A DNA stretch of 64,000 bases from Candidatus Omnitrophota bacterium. Its GTDB lineage: Bacteria; Omnitrophota; Gorgyraeia; Velamenicoccales; JABMQK01. The notes below the pieces were generated by a model, which made no database searches, was not told where the DNA came from, and worked only from the letters and a program-made list of their open reading frames with translations. Shown here one piece after another: positions 56,434 through 64,000 of this stretch; within the stretch, counting starts at the first letter, position 1; each line of letters begins with the position of its first letter. Position numbers and translations under genes: made by a program. Location: NCBI GenBank assembly GCA_028711115.1, contig JAQTSV010000001.1:774032-838031 (forward strand). The letters are read 5' to 3'.

Positions 56434-58035
56434 TTATTCCTGGATTACATTTTTATATCTTTGTTTTTCTTTGGCAACCCACCATTTAATGAAATTATAA
56501 CCGATGCCAGCCGGGCCTGGGTCTATACCCTGGAACCTTCTGTCAATGATGACTAAAGATTCCGGCGAATATAAAAACATATATGGTTGTTCCTCGAAAA
56601 TAATTTTATGTATTTTATGATAAATTTCTTTTCTCTTTGATTGGTCGAATGTCCTTCTGCCTTCGATAATCAAATTATCAACTTCTTCATTTTTGTAGCC
56701 GATAAAATTGAATTCCCCCTCTTTTGTTTTCGAAGAATGCCAGATATCAAAAGGATCGGGGTCTAAAGACAATGACCAGCCCAATAATACCGCATCAAAA
56801 TTTCTTTTTTCTACACACTCAGACAAGAATACGCTCCATTCCAAAACCTTAATTTTGACTTTTATGCCTATATCCTTGAGCCGCTTTTGTATGATCTCAG
56901 CGGTTTTTATCCTTTCGTCATTACCCTGATTGGTTGTTATGGTAAATTCAAATCTTATCCCGTTCTTATCTAAGATCTGGTCGCCATCTGAATCCTGCCA
57001 GCCAGCTTCTTTTAATAGTTGTTTGGCTTTTTCTAAGTTGAATTCCCGCGGTTTTATCTGGTTATCGTACGCCCAGGAATCTATAATAAAAGGACCGGTG
57101 ATGGGTTTAGCCAGACCAAAGAAAATCATTTTGATAATTTCTTCTTTATCTATAGCGTAATCCAGGGCAGTCCTTACATTCCTGTCTTTAAATAATGGAT
57201 TTTTTAAATTGTAGCCTAAATAAGTATAACCAAATCCGGGCAGTTTAAACTTATTGAAGTTATCCTGGAAAAATTTTGTCTGAGTTTTAAATTTGTAAGC
57301 TATGGGAGAAAGTCCTGCGTAGTCTATGGCCTTGGTTTGCAGCTCTAAAAATATACTTGCCTCATCTGGAATTACTCTGTTTATATACCTTGAAATATAA
57401 GGACGGCCTTCAAAGTATTTGTCGTAATAAATTAATTCTATCTTTTCCTGTGCCTTCCATTTTTTAAACCGGTACGGACCTGTACCTACAGGATTTCTTT
57501 GGAAGTCTGTTTTATTCAAATCCTTTCCCTCCAAGATGTGTTTGGGAATGATAGACATGCCCCAGCTGGATAATCCTGGCGAAAAAGGTTCTTTATAGGT
57601 TACCTTGACAGTATAATCGTCTATTATCTCTAATTTATCGATCATTTTGAAATCACCGCTATATGGTGTTGCCGTGTTCGGGTCTGTTAATTTTTGATAG
57701 GTAAATTCTACATCTTTTGCTGTAAATGGATATCCGTCGTGCCAACACACATTTTTTCTTAAATAAAACGTAATACTGAAGCCGTCTTTAGAAGCTTCCC
57801 ATTTTTCTGCCAGATCACCGACGATGTTTAGGTTTTTGTCATATTTGATCAGACCGTTAAAGATTTGACTACAGGCCTGGCTTGAGGCTGTATCCGAAGC
57901 AAGTATAGGAATAAGCGTTCTGGCGTCTGCGATGGAGGCAATAATTATGGCATCGCCATAATCTTTCTGTTCGGCATTCGCCGTAATCGGCAGAAAAACA
58001 TTCGTTAAAATTAAAAATAATATTATAAGGCGCAT
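56434..58035 (-). CDS. oppA: ABC transporter substrate-binding protein, family 5 (peptide/nickel)
   Basis: 533 aa with a signal peptide and [10 protein letters not shown]. Its length and layout fit the SBP_bac_5 family. Confidence 0.85.
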   Translation of the reverse strand: MRLIILFLILTNVFLPITANAEQKDYGDAIIIASIADARTLIPILASDTASSQACSQIFNGLIKYDKNLNIVGDLAEKWEASKDGFSITFYLRKNVCWHDGYPFTAKDVEFTYQKLTDPNTATPYSGDFKMIDKLEIIDDYTVKVTYKEPFSPGLSSWGMSIIPKHILEGKDLNKTDFQRNPVGTGPYRFKKWKAQEKIELIYYDKYFEGRPYISRYINRVIPDEASIFLELQTKAIDYAGLSPIAYKFKTQTKFFQDNFNKFKLPGFGYTYLGYNLKNPLFKDRNVRTALDYAIDKEEIIKMIFFGLAKPITGPFIIDSWAYDNQIKPREFNLEKAKQLLKEAGWQDSDGDQILDKNGIRFEFTITTNQGNDERIKTAEIIQKRLKDIGIKVKIKVLEWSVFLSECVEKRNFDAVLLGWSLSLDPDPFDIWHSSKTKEGEFNFIGYKNEEVDNLIIEGRRTFDQSKRKEIYHKIHKIIFEEQPYMFLYSPESLVIIDRRFQGIDPGPAGIGYNFIKWWVAKEKQRYKNVIQE

Positions 58036-58075
58036 ATAAACAAAAGACTGTCTTATCGAAATTTAAGACAGTCTG
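58036..58075 (-). terminator. intrinsic terminator after secG
   Basis: The minus strand reads AGACTGTCTTA-aatttcga-TAAGACAGTCT followed by TTTGTTTAT. Confidence 0.7.
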
Positions 58076-58099
58076 TAAGAGATTAAAAAAATAATCCTG

Positions 58100-58489
58100 T
58101 TATTGATTTGTTGCTGCACTTTCTTTAGCAGCATCAGTTTGTGGGGTTTCCTGTTTTGTGTCTGTTTGTTGTTTTTCTTCTTTGTTCTTTTGATTTTCTT
58201 GTGCAATATCGGTTTGACCTATATTTACAGCTTGTCTTCTGGCTTTTCGTTCTACGATGGATTTATTTTGCTGGACCGAAAAGAAAGCCAGTAAAAGACA
58301 GGTAATAAAGAACGTTACTGCCAAAACAGAAGTTGCCTTAGTGAGAAAGGTATTGGTTTTGGTGCCAAAGATCGATTCTACCGAAGAAAATGTTTCAACA
58401 AGACCTCCCCCTTTGCCTGTTTGGATTAAGATAAAGAAGATTAAACCTATACAAGCAATAATGTGAATTGCTATTATGAGACCCATCAT
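58100..58489 (-). CDS. secG: preprotein translocase subunit SecG (with a long polar C-terminal tail)
   Basis: 129 aa with LIQTGKGGG, two TM helices and a Gln/Lys/Glu/Thr-rich tail. Confidence 0.85.
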   Translation of the reverse strand: MMGLIIAIHIIACIGLIFFILIQTGKGGGLVETFSSVESIFGTKTNTFLTKATSVLAVTFFITCLLLAFFSVQQNKSIVERKARRQAVNIGQTDIAQENQKNKEEKQQTDTKQETPQTDAAKESAATNQ

Positions 58490-58490
58490 T

Positions 58491-59267
58491 TTATGTTCCT
58501 TTTTTAAAGTGCCCTGATGAATTTTTTACTATTTCTACGAATGATTCGATTTTTAGCGATGCCCCGCCTACCAGCGCACCGTCGATATCTTTTTCTTTGA
58601 TTAGATCTTTTATGTTTTCAGGCTTTACGCTTCCTCCGTATTGAATTGTTATATCTTGGGCGGTTTGTGCATCTGACATTTCGCATAACAATTTACGGAT
58701 AAAGCTGTGTACTTCCTGTGCCTGTTCTGGTTTTGCGGTTAAACCTGTTCCGATTGCCCAAACCGGTTCATAGGCGATGACTATTCTGCTCAGTTCTCCT
58801 ACGGGAATATCTTTTAGGCCGTTTTTTATATGGTTTTTTACAACTTCAAATGTTTTATTTGCTTTGCGTTCTTCTAATCTTTCCCCCACGCATACTATTG
58901 GTGTCAAATTGTGTTTTAAGGCGGATTTTACTTTTTGATTGACCATTTCATTGGTCTCTGAGAAATATTGGCGTCTTTCTGAGTGACCGATGATAACATA
59001 TTGACAACCCAATTCTTTTAACATTACAGGTGATATTTCTCCGGTAAAAGCCCCTTCTTCCTGACCGTACATATTTTGAGCGCCTAATTTGATATTGGAC
59101 TCAGCGATAACCTCTGAAACCTGGTCTAAACAGGTAAAAGGCGGGCAGACGACAATTTCAATATCTTGGATATCGTAGAGATTTCTTTTCAGACCATTAG
59201 CCAATTCAATAGCTTCGCTAATGGTTTTATACATCTTCCAATTTCCTGCAATGATAATTTTACGCAT
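58491..59267 (-). CDS. tpiA: triose-phosphate isomerase
   Basis: 258 aa with AGNWKM, IGHSERR, AYEPVWAIGTG and GGASL. Confidence 0.97.
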   Translation of the reverse strand: MRKIIIAGNWKMYKTISEAIELANGLKRNLYDIQDIEIVVCPPFTCLDQVSEVIAESNIKLGAQNMYGQEEGAFTGEISPVMLKELGCQYVIIGHSERRQYFSETNEMVNQKVKSALKHNLTPIVCVGERLEERKANKTFEVVKNHIKNGLKDIPVGELSRIVIAYEPVWAIGTGLTAKPEQAQEVHSFIRKLLCEMSDAQTAQDITIQYGGSVKPENIKDLIKEKDIDGALVGGASLKIESFVEIVKNSSGHFKKGT

Positions 59268-59272
59268 ATGAT

Positions 59273-60454
59273 TTATTTATCCGAAAGCGCTGCAATACCG
59301 GGTAATGTCTTTCCTTCGAGAAATTCCAAAGAAGCTCCTCCACCCGTGGAAATATGTGTCATTTTGTCTTCTAGGCCGAATTTTGCCACAGCCGCAGCAG
59401 TATCTCCTCCGCCGATAATTGTAGTAGCCTTTAAGTTTGCTATATATTCGGCTATTTGTTTTGAGCCATCGGCAAATTTATCCATTTCAAATATGCCCAT
59501 TGGTCCATTCCAGACAATTGTCTTTGCATCAGCCAGGGCTTTTCTGAAATTATCAACTGTTTTAGGGCCAATGTCTACAGCGATTAAATCTGGCGGCACA
59601 TTTTCTCCAGCCAATGTAATTTCGGCATTATCTTTTATTTCTTTGACACATACGTTATCAATCGGCAATAAAATCTGAACTTTGTTTTGTTCGGCTTTTT
59701 TCAGAATATCCCTTGCAATATCTATTTTATCTTTTTCTAATTTTGACTTTCCGATTTCTTTGCCTTGGGCTTTAAGAAATGTATAAGCCATTCCGCCGCC
59801 GATAATAATTTTATTCGCTTTCTTTAGCAAATTTTCAATCACGCCAATCTTGTCAGAGACTTTTGCACCACCCAAGATAACCACAAATGGTTTTGCAGGA
59901 TTTTCTAGCGTTTTACCGAGGTAATTTATTTCTTTCTCCAGCAGAAATCCGGCTACAGCCGGCAAATAATGGGCTACTCCTTCAGTAGAGGCGTGTGCCC
60001 TGTGAGCAGTACCAAAGGCGTCATTTACATAAATTTGGGCAAGACCGGCCAATTCCTTGGCGAAATTCTGATCGTTTTCTTCTTCTTCGGCATGAAATCT
60101 CAAATTCTCAAGCAGAATCAGCCTTTTTTTACTGGCCTGTATTTGTTTTTTTATTGTTTCGCCTATGCAATCATCAAGCTTATCCACGGGTTCGCCTAAA
60201 AGTTCCTGTAGTCTTTTTGCCACAGGATTTAACCTTAGCTCTTCCTTTATTTTACCATCGGGCCTTCCTAAATGTGACATCAGGATAAGCCTTTTTGCAC
60301 CATTATCTAATATGTATTTGATAGTCGGTAATGCTGCTTTTATGCGCGTGTCGTCTGTGATGTTTAATTTTTCATCCAGCGGGACATTAAAATCTACCCG
60401 CATAATGATAGTTTTGTCTTTTAAGTTAGTGTTTTTTATGTTTTTTTTATCCAT
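59273..60454 (-). CDS. pgk: phosphoglycerate kinase
   Basis: 393 aa with [23 protein letters not shown] and STGGGASLE. Confidence 0.97.
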   Translation of the reverse strand: MDKKNIKNTNLKDKTIIMRVDFNVPLDEKLNITDDTRIKAALPTIKYILDNGAKRLILMSHLGRPDGKIKEELRLNPVAKRLQELLGEPVDKLDDCIGETIKKQIQASKKRLILLENLRFHAEEEENDQNFAKELAGLAQIYVNDAFGTAHRAHASTEGVAHYLPAVAGFLLEKEINYLGKTLENPAKPFVVILGGAKVSDKIGVIENLLKKANKIIIGGGMAYTFLKAQGKEIGKSKLEKDKIDIARDILKKAEQNKVQILLPIDNVCVKEIKDNAEITLAGENVPPDLIAVDIGPKTVDNFRKALADAKTIVWNGPMGIFEMDKFADGSKQIAEYIANLKATTIIGGGDTAAAVAKFGLEDKMTHISTGGGASLEFLEGKTLPGIAALSDK

Positions 60455-60485
60455 AAGAAGCTTTTTCCTCCGGTTATTGCAAAAT

Positions 60486-60513
60486 ATTATAGCAATCTAT
60501 GATTTTTTGTAAA
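60486..60513 (-). promoter_or_regulatory. extended -10 sigma70 promoter for pgk-tpiA-secG
   Basis: The minus strand reads TTTACA-16 nt (ending TGc)-TATAAT, then SD GGAGGAAAAAG and the pgk ATG. Confidence 0.65.
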
Positions 60514-60545
60514 GAAAAATCAAAAGACAGAAACAACGTTTAACA

Positions 60546-61793
60546 TTATTCCTTGTATATTTTGTATATAAACGAGGAGCTAAGTCCTAGTAAGAGCCAG
60601 AATAACGTCGCTAATTTTAAAGAAAATAACTGATTATCAAAGAAAGAATGGATTAAGAATGCGCACAATCCACAGAAGATGCCAAGGAATATATAGTTTT
60701 CCTTATTGTGCATTATAAAATTTAGGCTATTCTTTAACCATTGAATCAGTATTAACAGAAATGCAATCAAGCCGAGTATCCCTGTTTCTACCAGTAGCTG
60801 GAGATAGGAATTGTGAGCATATTGATAGCTTCTTACATCAGTGTAGCGCGGCAGATAGTTCATATACGTTCCTATGCCTTTGCCTAACAAAGGAGATTCT
60901 TTGAACATAGTTAGTGCTGTTTTCCATGTTCCTAATCTTGAGGCATCTCCTCCTTTAAAAATAAATAACAGCCTTTCCCTTAATGGTGATGCAAAAAATA
61001 ATGCTACGATGAATAATATTAAGAACACAGAACTAAGAATCAGCGGTCTGCTATTCTTATTCATGCAGGAAATAATTGCAATCATTATAAGAAAACCTAT
61101 CAGTAAACTAATCCATCCTCCCCTGGAATACGTCATGCTTATACAATAAGTAATCAAAATAATATTTAAATAATAAAGAATATCCGAGAAAGATATCCCC
61201 GTTTTCTTAGAATTGTTTATTTTTTCCAGACAGATCCCAAAGTTAATAAAAAACATGATTACAAGAAAAGAGGCTAGACCGTTATAATGGTTGAATGTCG
61301 AACACATGGCAGAAAAGTTATAACACGGCACTTTGATCAAACTATAGCCCCTGATGAAACCAGTTCCGTTTATTTGCTGGAAGATGCCATTTATGCTGAC
61401 TAAAAAGGTAGATAATATAAGGAATTTTAATAAAATCTTTGGGTTTTTCTTTCTGAAAATAAAATAAGAAAAATAGAATAACAAAATCTTTCCCAGCCAC
61501 TTTAATCCCCAGGCATTAAAACTATTTTTAATGTATTCGCCGCTGTTGAAAATACTCAAACCAATTGCTATAGTGAAAACTATGACAAGGAGAGATAATC
61601 GGTCGAGAAATAGTTTTCTAAAAAAACTGTTATCATGAGCAGCAAAGATAAATTTAATAATGAATAGGATAAAAATAAAGCCAAAATTTATACTAACTAA
61701 AGCATTAGATATTGGCAGGAAGAAACATATAAGGCAAAAGAAGAAATAGATTGCATTATCTAAATAGCTAATAATAGTTATTCTGTTTGGCAA
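60546..61793 (-). CDS. O-antigen ligase / Wzy_C family polymerase-like membrane protein
   Basis: 415 aa with about 10-12 TM helices, a periplasmic loop containing SRGGW, and AHNSYLQLLVETGILG. It has a TTG start. Confidence 0.75.
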   Translation of the reverse strand: MPNRITIISYLDNAIYFFFCLICFFLPISNALVSINFGFIFILFIIKFIFAAHDNSFFRKLFLDRLSLLVIVFTIAIGLSIFNSGEYIKNSFNAWGLKWLGKILLFYFSYFIFRKKNPKILLKFLILSTFLVSINGIFQQINGTGFIRGYSLIKVPCYNFSAMCSTFNHYNGLASFLVIMFFINFGICLEKINNSKKTGISFSDILYYLNIILITYCISMTYSRGGWISLLIGFLIMIAIISCMNKNSRPLILSSVFLILFIVALFFASPLRERLLFIFKGGDASRLGTWKTALTMFKESPLLGKGIGTYMNYLPRYTDVRSYQYAHNSYLQLLVETGILGLIAFLLILIQWLKNSLNFIMHNKENYIFLGIFCGLCAFLIHSFFDNQLFSLKLATLFWLLLGLSSSFIYKIYKE

Positions 61794-61841
61794 GATGCCA
61801 CCTTTTCTTTGAAGATATTGACGATAATTATATGTTTAAAG

Positions 61842-62753
61842 TTATTTCTCTGTTAGGATTCTTATATTTCTTCTTTCATCTACGTAAGCGGTAATATCTC
61901 CGTCTTTGTCGGTGCGATAGATTATGGAACCCAATTCACTTAATCTTTGCAATATTTTTTTAGAGGGATATCTCCTTATATTATTTTTGTTTACACTTAT
62001 AATGGCTATTTTCGGTGATAGCGCTTTTAAAAAATCTTTCTCGCTTGCATCTTTGCTGCCATGGTGAGCAACTTTTAAAATATCTATTTTCTTATAATCA
62101 TCACTTCTCTTGAGTATTTCTTCTTCAGACTTGGCGGTCAAGTCTGAAGCCAAGAGACATTTGAAGCCTTTATATTCTAACAGGACAGCTAAGGAATTGC
62201 TATTAAAATCGGAGAAAACGAGAGGCCAGTAAGGCCAGATGATTTTGAAATTTAAACCATCTATTGAAAACTTATCATCAGCTTTTAGAACGCTGTAGTC
62301 ATTTCTATGCCTTACCAATTCTTCGTACCAACGATATAAGTCATTTGAAGCGGTTAGTTGATCTAAATTTTCTCCGTTATCAGAGATCTTACTTACCTTT
62401 ATCATTTGTAAAACAAAGAATACCCCGCCTATATGGTCAAGGTGCGGATGGGTAAGAATAAGATATTCCAGATTGTTAATACCTTTCTCCTTTAAATATT
62501 CTACTACTTTAAAACCGGAAATAATATTGCCGGCATCTATTAGAATGGCTTTATCTTTAGGTGTCTGAATAAGAATAGAGTCGCCTTCGCCAACATCTAT
62601 GAAATTAATTCTTAACTCATTGGCTTCGCTATCTAAAATAATTCCACATAATAAAACGCATAAAACAAGAATATAAAATATATAATTTCTTTTTTTCTTT
62701 TTTAACTTAAGATATATAATGCCGATTCCCATACTCCTCATAAAATATTGCAA
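61842..62753 (-). CDS. membrane-anchored MBL-fold metallo-hydrolase (ComEC C-terminal-domain-like)
   Basis: 303 aa with an N-terminal TM helix and the motifs FIDVGEGDSILIQ, LTHPHLDHIGG and VAHHGS. Confidence 0.75.
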   Translation of the reverse strand: MQYFMRSMGIGIIYLKLKKKKRNYIFYILVLCVLLCGIILDSEANELRINFIDVGEGDSILIQTPKDKAILIDAGNIISGFKVVEYLKEKGINNLEYLILTHPHLDHIGGVFFVLQMIKVSKISDNGENLDQLTASNDLYRWYEELVRHRNDYSVLKADDKFSIDGLNFKIIWPYWPLVFSDFNSNSLAVLLEYKGFKCLLASDLTAKSEEEILKRSDDYKKIDILKVAHHGSKDASEKDFLKALSPKIAIISVNKNNIRRYPSKKILQRLSELGSIIYRTDKDGDITAYVDERRNIRILTEK

Positions 62754-62785
62754 TAGTGGTTTTAGAGATTCTGCTGCTCATATTA

Positions 62786-64000
62786 TTAATATGCCCCTCT
62801 GCCTTTGATTACCGCCGGTATCGTTAATAACAGAATTTTTAAGTCCAGCATAAATGACCAATGATTTACATACCATAAATCCCACTTTACCCATTTTCTG
62901 AAAGTGAGGCTGCTTCTTCCTTTTACTTGAGACAGACCCGTTATCCCTGGTTTTATAGATAATCTATCCATATGAAAATGGTTGTATTTTTTTACCTCTT
63001 CAGGTGTCGGTGGCCGCGGACCAACTAGGCTCATATCGCCTTTTATTACATTAAACAGCTGGGGGAATTCATCTAAACTGGTTTTTCTTAAGAATATTCC
63101 TAATCTTGTTATGCGGGGATCTCTTCTTATTTTAAAAATTATGCCGTCTTTTACTTCATTTTTATCCAACAATGTATCTTTTAATTTATCAGCATCTTTA
63201 ATCATGGAGCGAAATTTGTAAAGTTTAAAGATCTTTCCTTTTGATCCCACTCTTTTCTGAGTATAAAATACTGATCCCGAGGAATCAATTTTTATTAGTA
63301 TGGATATTATTATAAACAACGGCATAAATAAAATTAACACCAATAAAGCAATGGTTAGATCAAATAGCCTCTTTAAGAATAATTCGGCAGGATGCAGTTT
63401 TCTCTCTTTATATGTAAGCAGCGGGATAATTCCCAAATAACTTATATTAAGAATTTGTTCGAGTTCGGTAAAATTATCAGTCATTAATCTTATCCCGAGC
63501 GGCAATCTCTTTGCCTGTCCTATTAACTCCGAAATAGTTTTGTTCTCCAGCGAAGTTGTTATAATAATCTCATCAATAAAATATTTTTTAACAACAATTG
63601 TTAAATCTTTAAGTTTGCCTAACACAGGGATATTGTTTATATCCCCTCTTAGCTGGTCATCTAAAAAGCCGACAATTTTAAATCCCCAGTGTGGATTTCT
63701 TCTTATTTCTTCTACGATGATTTTAGCGGTATCTTCTTTCATTCCCACCAGCAGTATATTTATATTATGAAAACCGTCTTTAATCAGTTTTCTCAAGATG
63801 AGTCTTTTTATTATTCTCCAGGAAGTTAACGAGACGCAAAGCAAGAGAAAACTTATTAAGAAGACTTTCCGGGAGAAAAACTTATATTGGGCAAAGAATA
63901 TAATAGTACTCATCAATACACTAATGTAAAGAGTACTTAAGATTACCATAGTTGTTTCTTTAGGTATGGTAAGACTTCTGTCGGTAGAATAAAGATTCTT
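62786..64000 (-). CDS. polyprenyl-phosphate sugar phosphotransferase (WbaP/EpsB type; N-terminus probably beyond the window)
   Basis: Bacterial sugar transferase C-domain: KRLFDL, PLFIIISILIKIDSSGSVFYTQKRVG, FKLYKFRSM, DEFPQLFNVIKGDMSLVGPRP. The reading frame stays open upstream of ATG 63949 to position 64000. Confidence 0.85.
   Translation of the reverse strand, partial: KNLYSTDRSLTIPKETTMVILSTLYISVLMSTIIFFAQYKFFSRKVFLISFLLLCVSLTSWRIIKRLILRKLIKDGFHNINILLVGMKEDTAKIIVEEIRRNPHWGFKIVGFLDDQLRGDINNIPVLGKLKDLTIVVKKYFIDEIIITTSLENKTISELIGQAKRLPLGIRLMTDNFTELEQILNISYLGIIPLLTYKERKLHPAELFLKRLFDLTIALLVLILFMPLFIIISILIKIDSSGSVFYTQKRVGSKGKIFKLYKFRSMIKDADKLKDTLLDKNEVKDGIIFKIRRDPRITRLGIFLRKTSLDEFPQLFNVIKGDMSLVGPRPPTPEEVKKYNHFHMDRLSIKPGITGLSQVKGRSSLTFRKWVKWDLWYVNHWSFMLDLKILLLTIPAVIKGRGAY

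Noticed and set aside
1-64000. A search by eye for CRISPR arrays, long direct or inverted repeats, IS elements, prophage genes and toxin-antitoxin pairs.
   Set aside because: I saw nothing beyond the 2 x 13-nt tandem repeat at 42447-42472 and short hairpins. A computational repeat search would be needed to exclude dispersed short repeats.

Overview
This is an AT-rich, very gene-dense bacterial chromosomal window. I can support about 70 protein genes, 3 tRNAs (Gly-CCC, Val-CAC, a CAU tRNA), the RNase P RNA and one cobalamin riboswitch. Every recognisable gene except one (a GAF-GGDEF diguanylate cyclase, 41257-42429) is on the minus strand. Many junctions are start/stop overlaps or spacers of a few nt, so the window reads as a handful of very long co-directional transcription units. 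Content is mostly housekeeping: thiamine (thiC/thiE); LPS heptose (gmhA/rfaE); pfk; accBC; efp; aroQ; rpsU; an aromatic amino-acid cluster (pheA-hisC-aroF-tyrA); lepA/lepB/plsY/pgsA; ruvAC/yebC; rpoD/dnaG; smc/scpB; Bcd-EtfBA; glgC; an Opp-type ABC transporter; secG-tpiA-pgk; and the start of a surface-polysaccharide cluster. Outer-membrane features (TonB, TonB-dependent receptor, heptose genes, O-antigen ligase) indicate a diderm. The streamlined, AT-rich, anaerobe-like gene set fits an uncultivated lineage (Omnitrophota-like is only a low-confidence guess). I found no CRISPR array, transposase, integrase or prophage genes. Four small or RNA genes missing from the ORF track were read directly from the sequence: rpsU, a Trm112-like zinc-ribbon protein, a DUF5989/SxtK-like mini membrane protein, and rnpB. 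The five most interesting items are: (1) a carbamoyltransferase/SxtJ/DUF5989 membrane module plus an orphan 94-aa gene, sitting between cobalamin-related genes and a B12-riboswitch-controlled TonB-dependent receptor; (2) a tightly coupled ATPase-phosphoesterase-HIT-dGTPase operon next to tRNA-Gly; (3) a Zn-ribbon/RNase H/rnpB arrangement in which the RNase H ORF runs into the RNase P RNA; (4) a two-domain thiE split across an A7 homopolymer; (5) an orphan 112-aa gene behind a long, unexplained leader. None of these is demonstrably a new system from sequence alone, and all functional ideas are flagged as inference.
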